64,000 nt of DNA, taken from an uncultured delta proteobacterium (lineage in GTDB: Bacteria; Desulfobacterota; WTBG01; CAIYCZ01; CAIRTM01). How positions within the stretch are numbered: position 1 is the stretch's first letter; each line of letters begins with the position of its first letter. The translations under genes were made by a program, and so were the position numbers. The stretch covers positions 96,001 to 160,000 of the forward strand of contig CAWDSQ010000030.1 in the NCBI GenBank assembly GCA_963804955.1, written 5' to 3'. The notes under the pieces are model-generated. The model saw nothing but the letters and a program-made list of their open reading frames with translations, searched no databases and was not told the DNA's origin. This document shows, piece by piece, positions 50,983 to 63,062 of the stretch.

Positions 50983-51477
50983 CTAAATCGGTGCGCATGG
51001 AAGTACCCAAGTGGTGCTGATTATTTCTTTTCCAACCCTGACCGATACTACCTCAATGTTCTTTTGCGTGATGAACGCCGCGGCTGCGTCTCTCACTCTT
51101 GCATCCGGCTTCTCTTCAGCCAGGGAAGTCAGATGGCTGTCAACGTCGGTATCCGTCGGCACGAGGGGAAAATCATATTTGGTTGCATAGTACATGGTTC
51201 CCTCGGGGAGTTCTTCCACTTTTTCTTCTTCCTTCGCTGCTCGTTGCCTGAGTAATTGTTCATTCTTTTCCGCGTAGGAACCCGCTATGGTCATGCGCAT
51301 TGCCTCGTCAAGAGCGGCGTACTCCTTGAGGGTGATAGTGGCGGGATTGAGCGCCTTCTGCCAGGCGGCCGGCTGAGACTTTGGCTTCTTCGCCGAGACC
51401 GGTTCGCCGGAATCGGATCCGCAGGCGATCAGTGAGAGAGATACCAGTATCATCCAAGCCACCCTGCCTGCTCGCAT
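50983..51477 (-). CDS. Hypothetical lipoprotein
   Basis: Signal peptide with LIAC lipobox. Confidence 0.6.
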   Translation of the reverse strand: MRAGRVAWMILVSLSLIACGSDSGEPVSAKKPKSQPAAWQKALNPATITLKEYAALDEAMRMTIAGSYAEKNEQLLRQRAAKEEEKVEELPEGTMYYATKYDFPLVPTDTDVDSHLTSLAEEKPDARVRDAAAAFITQKNIEVVSVRVGKEIISTTWVLPCAPI

Positions 51478-51634
51478 TGCGAAACATACTTTCCCCTTTT
51501 CTCATTTCATTTTCCTCCGGAAAAGCTTTTCTGAGCATGACTTCATGTGCACGCGGTTGCCTGCCAGACAGCATGGCCGACGTGCTTCTCTTGATATTTC
51601 TCTTCATCCTTGCGGATGTCGCGGGCCGGGTTTT

Positions 51635-52651
51635 CTACTCGGCTTCCAAATGTTTGTCCAAAAAGCTTCTGATGGTGTTCAGCACCAGATTGCGGATGGC
51701 GTCCGTCTCCATCAGGATCTCGTGACGGCTGCCGTAAAAAAACACCGGCGTGCAGTCCTGCGCCCTGTCGCAAAAAGAATCCTGGCCCTCCTGCCGCACA
51801 AACGTGTCTTCTTCAGCCTGCAGCAGCAGCACCGGTCTGCATTGCGGGCCGCCTCCCGCGGGCAAAGGCCCCCGTCTCCATCGAGCGCTTCACCCAGCTA
51901 TAGGTGGCGCCGCCCGATCGTATGACCGGGTTGTTCGGGATCAGGTCCTCCTCCCATGTTGACCAGCGCGCGTAGCTGTGCGTCGTGGTAGCGTCAAAAA
52001 AATAGGGATCATCCCTGGGGCCCTGCCCCAGGGCGTATTGGGCTCCCATGCCGAGGGTCGTGGCCAGGGAGGCAATGGCATAGGCGACGGAAGGAGGATA
52101 GCTGCCCGTGTTGATCTGCAGCATCGGGGAGTTCAGGATTGCTGCGTCTACGCTGCCCGGGTTTTTTTCAAGATAGCGCGCGGCTATGCAGCCTCCCATT
52201 GAATGGGCAAGAATGAACAGCTTCGCGTGGGGCTTTGCCATGACAACGGTGTCAATGAAGGTTTTCAGATCCTCAACATAGTCATCGAAAGTGTCGACGT
52301 ACACTTTCTGCGGGTCGTCATCGAGCAGGCGCTCCGAAAAACCAAAACCCCGGAAGTCCATCAAATAGCAGGAAAGCCCCGTATCCTGAAGATCATACAC
52401 AATCTCTGCATATTTTATGTACGACTCTGATTTGCCATGTAGAATTATCAGCGCTCCTGTTTCGTTATCCTGCTCGAACGCGGCATATTTGATCAGCAGG
52501 CCGTCTGTGCCTGCAAATTCGCCGAAAGTTCCGCCTTCATAAAATGGCCGGACCCTGGCGGCATACTGATTGGCATAATCGGCCTCGCTGATCGCATGGG
52601 CGCTGAAGGGCAGGATGATAAAAAAAGGATAAGTGCTGTACGTATCTTCAT
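51635..52651 (-). CDS. Secreted alpha/beta hydrolase, lysophospholipase L2 (PldB)-like (frameshifts at both ends)
   Basis: LHGKSE..KY.E, DFRGFGFS, AHSMGG, LLLQAEEDTFV and HEILMETD. Confidence 0.8.
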
Positions 52652-52997
52652 GATGCGTGGCTTCCTCGTATGGTGTTTTTTTGAGAGCCGCACTATAGCA
52701 ACCCGGCTGGAAAAAGACAAGCTCTAGATGTTCCGGATCAGGGCAGTCAGGGGACCGCCGGCTGAGATTGCCCGGCACACAGGAGTTTCCACCCCGGTAC
52801 TATCAAAGGCGGTAACTGTATGATAAGTAAAGCAACTCATGCAACAACGACCCCCTGCATGCATGTCATCGCCCGGAACTGTTTATGGTTGCCTTCGGAT
52901 GAAACAGGCTGGCGATGCATAATGTATATTGACAGAAGTATTTTATAAGAATACATATTTAAGTCATACATTATGCGAAATCTTTCAGGATCTTTTG

Positions 52998-54234
52998 ATG
53001 GCAACGCAGCACAGCACAATCGGGAAACAACGCGGCAAAGGCAAAGTTGTGCAGCCTGTGCGGCCTGTGTATGGTGAAGGAATGGCCTGCGCAGGAAAGC
53101 GCTCAGGGGTGCGTCTTTACCGTCGGCTGGCTCGGCGGGCAGGGATCCCGCCGTTTGGAAGGGAGCGCGCCAGGGACAGCTCCGATGAAATGATGTTCGG
53201 CATCAGCCGCGAGCGCTTTGTCGCCCGGATGAAACATCCGCTGCCAGGAACGCAGTTTACCGGCATCATAACCGGCATAGCCGAAAAGTCCTTTGAGTCG
53301 GGCCTGGTAGATGCCGTGGTCACGCTGCACCGAAGCAGGGAAGATTATTTTATGCCGGTGCCGGTGCTGGCGCAGTCAACAGACGAGATCCTTGCCGGCG
53401 GCGGCAGCAAGCCGGTGCTGGCGCAGACGCTGGTTGCACTTGAAAAAGCCTGCAAGCTGGGGCTGAAGCGCCTGCTGGTGATCGGCGCTTCCTGCCATGT
53501 TCACAACCTGCGCGAGTTTCAGCGCCGGTTTTCCTATATCCGTGATATGGACCTGTATACCGTGGGCATTCCCTGTACGGACAATGTTCACCCGAAAAAT
53601 TTCCGCTTTATCCTGAGCAGAATATCCCGCTCCCATGAAACCGTCCGCCATTATGAAATTCATGCAGGACTTCACCATCCATCTCCGCGCATGCCGACGG
53701 CAAGCCTTGAGCGCGTTCCGTTTTTCTGCCTGCCGCCCGAGATCTCAAGCCCGGAAATGCTCACCCCAGCTGCAGGAGCTGCTTTGATTACTGCAACAGC
53801 CTTGCCGATATAACGGTGGGGTATTGCGGCGCGCCGCTTGACACTGAGAAAATGTATCAGTGGGTGCTGGTGCGAACCGGAAAAGGGGAGCAGCTGCAGA
53901 GACTCATTGCCGATGAGCTTGAAAAATACCCCGAAAGCGCGGAGGGCGACCGGACCCCTTATGTGCACAAGTATGCGCAGAAATTTACGGGCAACGGCGG
54001 GCAGGGCAGGGCGGAGCAGGCAAGTCCCGCTGCGCGCATGTCGATTGAAGACGGCATGGACATGGCCGACTACCTGTATGCGGCCGGGCCCCGCGGCCTT
54101 GAGTTCGTGCGGTATGCGGTCGAGACGCACCTTATCCGCAATTCTCTGTGAAGGAGAATTATCAGCAGCAGCTCGCGACGCTTGTGCCGCAGCATGTGTA
54201 TCGCATACTTGAAGCATACGGGCTGCAGCCCTAG
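52998..54234 (+). CDS. FrhB/FdhB-family flavo-Fe-S reductase, BciB/HCAR-like (frameshifted)
   Basis: Reconstructed KLCSLCGLC...GCVF, GIPCTDN, SCRSCFDYCNSLADITVGYCGAP, QWVLVRT.KG, GPRGLEFVRYAVETHLIRN and VPQHVYRILEAY. Confidence 0.75.
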
Positions 54235-54333
54235 CAGGGCGGTCACCTGTTATGTACAGTGCCTCAACAGGTATGCTGAAAGGAGAGCCTGCTAATTTTT
54301 AATTTTCCCTGTTAATGTGTTCAAGGTGGGACT

Positions 54334-54864
54334 ATGAAACAAATTTTTTTGCCGCAGTGGCAGTCGTTCTGTTTTTTGCTTTCGTTCAGTATGCGCGAGC
54401 TCCAGAGCCTCGCATAAATGTAAAATCTCTTCAAGGGTTAACGGGATTAGCGGTAGTAGTGGGGGGATTGTCTGAAGACGCGAAAAAAATAAAAATTACG
54501 ACGGGATATTCAGGAAATTGCTGAACAGAAATTAAGGATGGCCGGGATAAAAGTGCTAACCAGGGAAGAACGCTTACGCACTCCCGGTATGCCGTATCTC
54601 TATCTGCGTATCAGCATAAAGGTTACCGATGACGGCTTTGTGTATGGAAGCACAAAAATTCAGGTTGAAGAGGAGGCGTGTCTGTCAAGGAAAGCAATGT
54701 GCAGCACATTACTTGCACGCGATACGGCTCAATTTTCTCCGTACAGCTCAGATAGAGCGCAGCAATTCTTAAAAGACTCCATAACGGAGGATATGGATGT
54801 TTTCCTCAAGGACTTCTTTACCGTAAGCCCCAGGAACAATACCTGTGCAACCGACGCTCAATAG
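54334..54864 (+). CDS. Hypothetical secreted protein (frameshifted)
   Basis: Signal-like N-terminus joined across indels to ORF 54538-54864. Confidence 0.5.
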
Positions 54865-54982
54865 ATAAGGGAGAGTCGGGGTCAGCCACAGGGATTAATC
54901 CGTTGATGCGGGACGGAAGTTCATGGCGTAGCGAACAGGTGTTTTTAAAAAAGTGATATAAATACACGAACGCGAGGGCCGT

Positions 54983-55191
54983 ATAAAGAAATCCTTATAC
55001 TGATTGCCTTTTTAGCAGGCTGGTTTATCCTTCAGGCCTATGTGTTGCCTAAATTCGGCTTTAAGACCTGACTGATGCCTCAAAACCGCAGGCGGCGGAA
55101 CATCAGGTTAAAGACGAATCCAGGCCGGGCAGAAATAAAACAGTGGCCTAAAGAGAAGGGCCTCTTTAGCCTGTCCCCTTGTAGCCTATGA
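54983..55191 (+). CDS. Small membrane protein, possible selenoprotein (in-frame TGA at 55069)
   Basis: After GAGG: (M)KEILILIAFLAGWFILQAYVLPKFGFKT-TGA, followed immediately by a stem-loop. The start codon appears to have lost one base. Confidence 0.4.
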
Positions 55192-57411
55192 AAAAGCTTT
55201 GGCCGAGGGGCCTGCCAATTTTTTAAATCCCCCCGGGTGCAGGCTCTTCAATGTCACGGTATACAATGTCTTCATAGCAGGTGCCGGGCAGTTCAATCGC
55301 GTCAGTTTCGGTCATGTTGTCGAGTCAGATTGACGGTGACCGCACGGTCGCTGAGCGCGTATATATAGTCTCCCATGAACATGCTGCGGCGTATATCCTG
55401 GTTGCTCCAGTAGCAGGCCGTGGCGCTGTTGTAATAGTTTGAATGGTCAACAGTTCCATGGATGGTAAAGCCCGCGGCAGGATCGACCTTGATGAGCATA
55501 AGTTTGCTTATGTAGCTGTAGCTCCAGTTGCCCGAGCCGTCCCATGAGGAACTGGAAGCGCTCAGGGGCACGGCAAGCAGCTGTTCCGGCTCCCAGTACT
55601 GGAAGGCCTTGTGCTCGTAGGCAGCCTCGCTGTGACCCCCAGGTGGAAGCTGGTCATTATCGCTCTGATTCAGCAAAGCAGCGTCAGGTTGTCGATCATG
55701 AGGGGGTTGCCGAAATCCGAGACATCAAAAAGCGACACCATAATGGACCCGTCGAGGCCGTTTTCGTCCCCGCCATAACCGATTGTCGAGCAGGCGGTCT
55801 TCAGAAATCGGGTGAATATAGGTGGAGACGCCGGGCACCTGGATTTCGCCGATGACCGCGGGCGCTGACGGGTTGCTGAGGTCAATTGTCCACAGGGGGT
55901 CCGTATTGCGGAAGGTGACCAGATATCCTTTCGCGCCGATAAACCGCGCCGCCCAGATGCGCTCGCCCTCGAGCAATACCGCCAAGGTGGCCTGTGATGC
56001 TGAGGCTGCCATTGTCGGCAGGGTGAGCACGTAGACATGATTTGCAGGTCAGCCGGAGTCTGGCTCCACCAGCGGCCCCATGCATTCGTGGTGGCGGCAA
56101 CGCGCACAGCCCCTTCATACTCGGAAAGGCAGAACTGGCTGCCGACATGCCTGTCGTACTCTTCCGCTGCCCGCATACAGAGAGGTTCCGTTATCAAGAA
56201 TAAATTTATGAATGTTGGTTGCTTCTTTAAACGCACTGTTGGCTCGTATACCACCATGACGCATTGGACGGCTCGGCAAGCAGCAGGGTGTCGTCACTGG
56301 CATAGACCGTTGACCAGTTGCTGACAATATGCTGGTCATCAGGCTGCATGTTCTCGGCAAGCAGGTCAAGGCTCAGGATGGAGGTAGAGCCGCGGCTGAT
56401 CCCGTCTTCTGCGATGCTGAAATTGCCGCAGGACTCTGCCGCACTGTCATGCTCGAGCAGCGTTGAGCCCGCAAGCTCATACCAGCGCGGCACGAGGTCT
56501 TGAAGCGTCAGCCTGTTTATTACCGCTTCATTTTCAGCAATGGCCCTCGCGGCGGCCTGGTTCCAGATAAGCCTGCGCAGGGCTGGGCTGTTGATGGAGT
56601 AATACATGTCCGGCAGGTCGGGCCAGTAGACAAGTCCCGGCACATCCATCCAGGCATAGGAGGCCATGTGCACGAAGCTTGCAATCAGGCGCGCCGTCTG
56701 GTATGCGCCCTCCACATAAAATTCCCTGCTCACCTGCGGTGCATCGGCCCCCTGCAGGTCCAGAACGGTGATTTTTGTCAGGACGGATGCGCGATACAGC
56801 CTGCTGCTGTCGTTTGCCGCGGGCCCCGGCGCCGTTTCGATAAAGGGGCGCAGGGGATGCGTTGCAGGAAGTGCGTACGGATACAGCGATGAAAAAACAA
56901 TCGCGCAATCAGCCCTTCCGCCGGGGGATTCTTTGTGAATAAGCATCTCCAGGGCAGAGCCCTCAATCCGCGTTGCAGTCCCCCCGTCGATACTGCCGAA
57001 TGCCGGAATGGGAAGCATTATGAAAGTATTATTGTCCAGCACAAAGAGAGAGTGCCCGTCGGTTTTGGTGAAATCGGCTTCATCGACACCCGCCTCCTGA
57101 TTGTTGGTGCCAGAGTAGTCAACTCCTTCCGCAGGGCCTTTGCCGCCATCGAAGGCGCTGTCGCTTCGCGGCCCGCCCGGCGGCATGCCGCCGGTTTCAG
57201 GAGAGTAGAGCATGGCATCCGTATAGGAAAGGAGGCTGGCGCGCATCTCCTGCCGGAGATTGTCTTTGAGCCTGCGCTCAAGATCGCTGCAGGCGGTAAA
57301 GCTGACCAGATCGGGTGTTGTGCGCTGATGCATTTTTTTACACCCGGCAGCATAACAGCAAAGGGCCGCCAGCACAGAACACCACAGGATTGTCATGCCT
57401 GATCGAGACAT
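55186..57411 (-). CDS. Secreted beta-propeller domain lipoprotein (several frameshifts)
   Basis: AAGC lipobox; YSGTNNQEAGVDEADFTKTDG, GERIWAARF, TFRNTDPLWTIDLSNP..P.VIGE..VPG.STYIHP and SEAAYEHKAF. Confidence 0.78.
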
Positions 57412-57646
57412 TGCAGGTCCTTTTTTTATTGATCGTTTCGCATGAAGCATATGGTCTGTCCTTAAACTAAAATATAGCATATTTTGCGAGGTTTTATCCC
57501 GGAATTGAGAGCGGGAGAAAGTAAAAGACAGTACTGTGGACGTACCGCTGAAAGGAGAGCATGCCGCTCGAGTCATACAAGGGGACGTCCATAAATAAAT
57601 TACTTCTGAGCAATAGATCTTTCACCCACATTAACCCACATTAACC

Positions 57647-57675
57647 TTGACACACACCACCCTTCATTTTATATT
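57647..57675 (+). promoter_or_regulatory. Sigma-70 promoter of the aminotransferase
   Basis: TTGACA-N17-TATATT, preceded by the direct repeat CCCACATTAA x2. Confidence 0.5.
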
Positions 57676-57718
57676 CTGCCCTTCCTAAAAAACTCTTACC
57701 GATTGGGCGAATGTACTC

Positions 57719-58884
57719 ATGCCGGAAATCAGCAATCGCACAGCAGCATTTACTGAATCAGTTATCCGGCACATGACCCGCGTTGCCAACCGGACAGGCG
57801 CGGTCAACCTTTCGCAGGGATTTCCCGATTTTGATCCGCCTGCCGAGCTTATCGAGGCTTTGCAGCGGGTCGCCGTGTCGGGGCCCCATCAGTATGCCGT
57901 TACCTGGGCGCTCCCGCTTTCCGGCAGGCCCTTGCAAAAAAACAGCAGCGGTTCATGAGATTCCGATTGATCCCGAGACAAATATCACGGTTACCTGCGG
58001 CAGCACTGAGGCAATGATGGCCAGCATGATGGCAGTGACCAATCCGGGTGATCAGGTCATTATATTTTCACCGTTTTACGAAAACTATGCGGCAGACGCA
58101 ATTCTTACCGGCGCGCAGCCGCTGCACGTGCCGCTGCGGCCGCCCGATTTCACCTTTGACCCGGCTGAGCTTCGCCGGGCCTTTGAAAAGCGGCCCAAAG
58201 CCCTTATCCTCTGCAACCCCGGCAACCCGACCGGCAAGGTGTTCACCCGGGAGGAGCTGCTGTGCATCGCCCGTCTTGCCGAAGAGTTTGATGCCTTTGT
58301 CATTACCGACGAGGTCTATGAGCATATTGTCTATGCCCCGCACGTACATACCTATTTCGCAGCGCTGCCCGGCATGTTCGAGCGGACCATTTCGTGCAGC
58401 TCGCTTTCTAAAACATATTCCATTACCGGCTGGCGCCTGGGCTCTATCATCGCAGCGCCGAACATCATCGACGCAACGCGGAAAGTCCACGATTTTTTAA
58501 CCGTTGGCGCTGCCGCCCCTTTGCAGGAAGCAGCGGTTACCGCGCTTAACTTTCCCGATTCCTATTACAGCGGCCTGACCGCAGCCTATACTGCAAAACG
58601 ATCCCTGTTTCTCGATGCGCTTGACCAGGCAGGCCTTTCCTACATTGCCCCGGCGGGCGTATTATGTCATGGTTGACGTGTCGGAATTCGGCGTTGAAAA
58701 TGACGCCGCATTCTGCGAGTGGCTCGCCAGTGAAATCGGCATTGCGGCGGTGCCCGGATCGAGCTTTTTCAGGGAGCCGGTACACAGGTACATCAGATTT
58801 CATTTTGCGAAAAAAGAAGACACCCTGGCTGAAGCCGGAAGGCGGCTTCTGAAGCTGCGCAGTTGCGTTCTGCCTTACCGGTGA
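57719..58884 (+). CDS. PLP-dependent class I/II aminotransferase (two frameshifts)
   Basis: NLSQGFPDF, NPGNPTGKV, TDEVYEH and SLSKTYSITGWRLG. Confidence 0.9.
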
Positions 58885-59494
58885 ACGGCCGAGGAAAAGA
58901 AAGGGGGCAACAGCGCCCTTCCCTGATCAACCCATGATTTTCAAGGCCTTCTTTTTCGAGCTCCAGTTCAGCAATCCTTGTACCGGCAGCAGACTTCCGT
59001 CTCGTGCCTGCTGCCTTTTTTCTTCCTCAATGCCGACTCCTGCCTTCTAACTTCTGCCTTCTGTCTTATGGTTGTTCGCCGTACCAGGAATAGATCCCCC
59101 TGGGCCTCAAGCTCTCTTTGACCCGCAATGCAATCCGGGACATAGCACACTGTGAGATGTGTCCAAAAATCAAGCGCCACTGTTTGCAGAGCTGCAGGCT
59201 GCACATCTTTTGGCACAAACTGGGCCGACACTGTGTGTGTCATGGCGCATGTACAGCTTTGTTTATTTGTTTTTCCATTGAGCGGAAATGGTTATTGCCT
59301 GAAAATGTTTGTGTTTTATTTTGACCCGAAATTTTCTCTGCTTGGCATGTTGTGTGAATGTTTCTTATTACGAAAAGGCGGGTTTGCAGCATGCCAACGC
59401 AGTAACAAAGATACGGCATGATAAAAACCAGGCGGAAACAAAAAAACTTCAACCTGTTGTATCGGGAGAACCCGGTCATCAGAAAGGTGCGTTC

Positions 59495-61329
59495 ATGAAA
59501 AGACTTTCAGCTTCCTTGTTTCTGCTCATACTGTGTGTGGCAGCCCTGGCATTCCCGGGTTGCAAAGTTGGGCCCACATATCCGATCTCGCCTGATGTGA
59601 AAACAACACGCGAGCGAACAGTGCGGCCTGTCGCACTGCCTGGCGACACAACTCCCCTGACCATAGATCAGGTGGAACACTACGGGCCAAACGGCTACAG
59701 TAAGTGGGGGTTTGGGGATCCGGTCGATTACGGCCCCCTTTCACCGGACAATTCCGATGTGGGCACCTACACCGCAGGTGAAACGCTTTTAACTTTCTTC
59801 ACCATGAGCGACATTCATATCGTTGACAAGGAATCCCCGGTCCAGGCGATCTTCGGGGCCATGAGCACGAATCCGGCTGAGCCCCCTCCGGGCTTTGGAA
59901 ACACCAACACCTCGGCCTATTCACCGGTCATCCTCTCGACCACCCATGTCCTTGACGCGGCGGTCCAGACGATCAACGCCCTCCACAAGGGCCCGTCCCC
60001 CTTTGATTTCGGCATATCCCTGGGCGATGATGCAAACAGCAATCAGTATAATGAGCTCAGGTGGTTTATCGATATCATGGACGGGAAGACGATCACGCCA
60101 AGCTCGGGAGCGCATTTGGGGGCAGACTCCGTTGATTATCAAAAGCCCTATCGGGCGGCCGGGCTTGACCTGTCGATTCCCTGGTACCAGACCATGGGCA
60201 ATCATGACCAGTACTGGTGCGGCACCCTCATCATGGACGATTATGCCCGAAGGGTCCTCGTGGGCGACACCGTTATTAACATGGCCCTGGCGGGCGCAAC
60301 TGCGTTTCCTTCATTTGAGGGCAGCGGCTACTATATGGGCGTCATTGACGGCGCTACGGTGTACGGGAGCATCCTGGGCTATGGCGATGCCGCGACCATG
60401 GCGCCGCCCGCCATAGCAGCCGACGTTCAGCGCCATGCCCTTGCTACCATGAAGTCCAACTCGCTGAACTGGATGAAAGAGTTTTTCAAGACCACGTCAC
60501 AGCCGCGGGGGCACGGATTCACGCAGGCCAGCCTCGATAACGACTTCGCCTCCTACTCTTTCGAGCCCAGGGCAAACCTGCCCCTCAAGGTCATCGTGCT
60601 TGATGACACGTGCAAGGAGAACCCGTACGCCGCGGACAGCTCCTACGCACGGGCCTGCCTGGACCAGCCGCGATACGACTGGCTGGTAAATGAACTGAAC
60701 AAGGGCCAGGCCGACGGCAAGCTCATGATCATAGCGGCGCATATCCCCGTAGGGCCTCAGGCGAATGTCCTGATAATCCTGCCGCGGCCCCGGCTGATAA
60801 TCAGAAGATCCTCCCGCTGTTCCTCTCCACCGTTCATCTTGGCCCGGCTCCTCCTAATGAGCCGCTCACCCCCTATAATGTCGTAACCGATGAGATGCTG
60901 CTTGATACGCTCCACAACTATCCGAACCTGATCCTGTGGATCTCGGGGCATCGTCACATCAACACCGTCACCCCGCAGCCTGCGCCTGACCCCAAAGGTC
61001 CGGAATGCGGTTTCTGGGAAGTCGAAACTTCATCACTGCGAGACTTCCCCCAGCAGTTCCGGACCTTTAAAATTGTGCGCAACAGCAACGATACGATTTC
61101 AATCTTCGTGACCGACGTAGACCCTGCGGTTCAGGACGATCCGGCGGCCCGGCCCGGCTCACCTGCGGCAAAGTCACGCGGGTATGCCATCGGCGCAAAC
61201 AGGATAGCAGCAGGCGAGCCCGGCGCATTCACCGATACTACCGCTCATGTCTACAATGCCGAGCTGGTGAAGCACTTGAGCACTGAAATGCAGGCGATAA
61301 TCGCCAATTATGGAGCGAACACGGAATAG
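59495..61329 (+). CDS. Lipoprotein metallophosphoesterase (TIGR03768-like), frameshifted near 60800
   Basis: FPGC lipobox; SDIHIVDKESP, LGDDANS, GNHD, AAHIP, SGHRH and ETSSLRDFPQQFR. Confidence 0.8.
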
Positions 61330-61516
61330 GCGATACCGTTCAGGACACCGGCAGCCGATTTTGAAAAATTTTTATGTGTCAAGGTGTTTTCTGTGGTGAC
61401 TGGGGGGATGAGTACATAACCTTACTGTCGTCCGGCTGATGGCTTCATCCCAAGGCGTTTTGCTTCTGCAGAAGAACGCAGGAAATGCCGGCTGGCACAA
61501 GCTCTTCAGGCTGGTC

Positions 61517-62542
61517 TTATTGCGCGGCGCCTGGCAGCCCGCAGTAGCCTGAAAGCTCAACATAGGCAGAGCCTGCAGCAGGGGAGCCGTTGATGGAGCC
61601 GGCAGCTCTGCAGAGGCCTTCCCAGTAATCGGGCGTCATGGCGCTGTAGAATATCTGGCTGTCAAAAAGGGGCAGGACGGTAAATTCCGCATTCAGGTCA
61701 GGGATGGAAAGCGTCCAGTCAAGCGGGAAGCTGCAGGCGCCGGCAGCATCCTCGTAGGTGCGGTGCGCCTGCATGTGGAAGACCGTGCCATAGGTAACTT
61801 CGCCGGAGGCGGAGCGGTAGGTCCAGTTGGATCTGACCGTGCGGCCAAAGATGTTGCGGAAGTGAAACAGCATGAGCGCGCCGCCGTCGTCGAGGCGCAG
61901 CGAAAACCAGTCCCAGCTGATCCCGAAGACGGTGAAATTGCCCCACTGATGGTCCATCCAGGTGCGGCCTGCAATGATATGATACTCTCGCCCCCTGAAG
62001 GTAATACTGCCCGTGGTGCTCAGATCGGTGAATGAATAATAAAAGGAGGTCAGCCCGTCGCCCATGGCAATGGCGCCGTCGCGGCCATGCAGCAGCACGC
62101 CGCTGCGGGGCGCGAGCTCAAGATCAAGGCTTGCATTGTCTGAGCTTGCGTGTATGAACATGGTCCGGTTGTCGGAAAAATCGAAGGAGAAATCCGTGAT
62201 GCTGATTGCGGGGATGCCTTCGGCTATGCCGTCAACCGGCGGCCGCGTCAGGGTTTCTTTGTACGCATAGTCCTGCGTCTCCGGGTCGCTGACTGCCACA
62301 TGGCCAAGGTAGCCGAACTCCTTTTTACTTAAAACCCGGTTCTTGAAAATCGTGCATTCAAAACCGAGGGCCCTGCCGCTGCCGTCGGAGGCCAGGCCGG
62401 TGAAGTACCACCACTCATGGCTGCTGTCAAAATGCGGGCCGTGGTCTGCGGGAAACTGCAGCTTGCGGCCATCCCTGCAGCCGGCCCCTGCAAGGAGCAT
62501 GATGGCGATACAGGCATACAGTGCTGTGAGGGTTCTGCTCAT
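61517..62542 (-). CDS. AttH/CrtC lipocalin-like hydrolase lipoprotein
   Basis: LAGAGC; FPADHGPH...EWWYFTG, YYSF, WMDHQW, WDWF, YWEG and YVELSGY. Confidence 0.85.
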   Translation of the reverse strand: MSRTLTALYACIAIMLLAGAGCRDGRKLQFPADHGPHFDSSHEWWYFTGLASDGSGRALGFECTIFKNRVLSKKEFGYLGHVAVSDPETQDYAYKETLTRPPVDGIAEGIPAISITDFSFDFSDNRTMFIHASSDNASLDLELAPRSGVLLHGRDGAIAMGDGLTSFYYSFTDLSTTGSITFRGREYHIIAGRTWMDHQWGNFTVFGISWDWFSLRLDDGGALMLFHFRNIFGRTVRSNWTYRSASGEVTYGTVFHMQAHRTYEDAAGACSFPLDWTLSIPDLNAEFTVLPLFDSQIFYSAMTPDYWEGLCRAAGSINGSPAAGSAYVELSGYCGLPGAAQ

Positions 62543-62551
62543 ACTAGCTCT

Positions 62552-62844
62552 TAGCAGGCTGTTGAAAAACGCCCATCTGCTGCGCCTGCGCTCACCATGC
62601 TTCACTGCGGCGTACAAAAAGCAGGTCTCATTGTCTGCCTCCACAACCTTTGGCTGTGGAGGCAGAAGGCAACATGGCACTTTGTGCCCGTGTCTTCCCT
62701 TTCAGTGGAAGACACGCCACCCGCCCTGCGGGTGGTTGTTGACTACGCATGATTGCCTGCGCGCAGGTGTCAGAGACAACGCACGCCTTGCATCCGGGCA
62801 TTTTTAAACAGCCTTCCCCTATTGGTTTTTTTCAACACCCTGCT
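62552..62844. mobile_element. MITE-like element, copy 2, with a ~110-bp internal insertion
   Basis: TAGCAGGCTGTTGAAAAA / TTTTTCAACACCCTGCT termini; shares both arms with 41320-41499. Confidence 0.7.
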
Positions 62845-63062
62845 GGACGGTAATGAGAAAGTGGGTGCGCGGTGCGGCTTCCGGCTGCCCGGCCATATTC
62901 AGCCGCACCTCATGTTCCTTTATCGGGGAGTATAGCATACTCCCTTTCAATTATTGAGCATATCGACCGCTTGTATTGTGACGGAGTTGCCGAATGAGTT
63001 TCATTAAGCTGGCTGGCGCTGACACTTCGGAGAGGGCGCATGCATTGAAAAATGCTTCTGCA

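Noticed and set aside
33000..61329. Numerous split ORFs as genuine pseudogenes or programmed frameshifts
   Set aside because: Single-base indels, often in homopolymers, hit many unrelated genes that otherwise keep intact motifs and show no nonsense decay. This is typical of unpolished long-read sequence.
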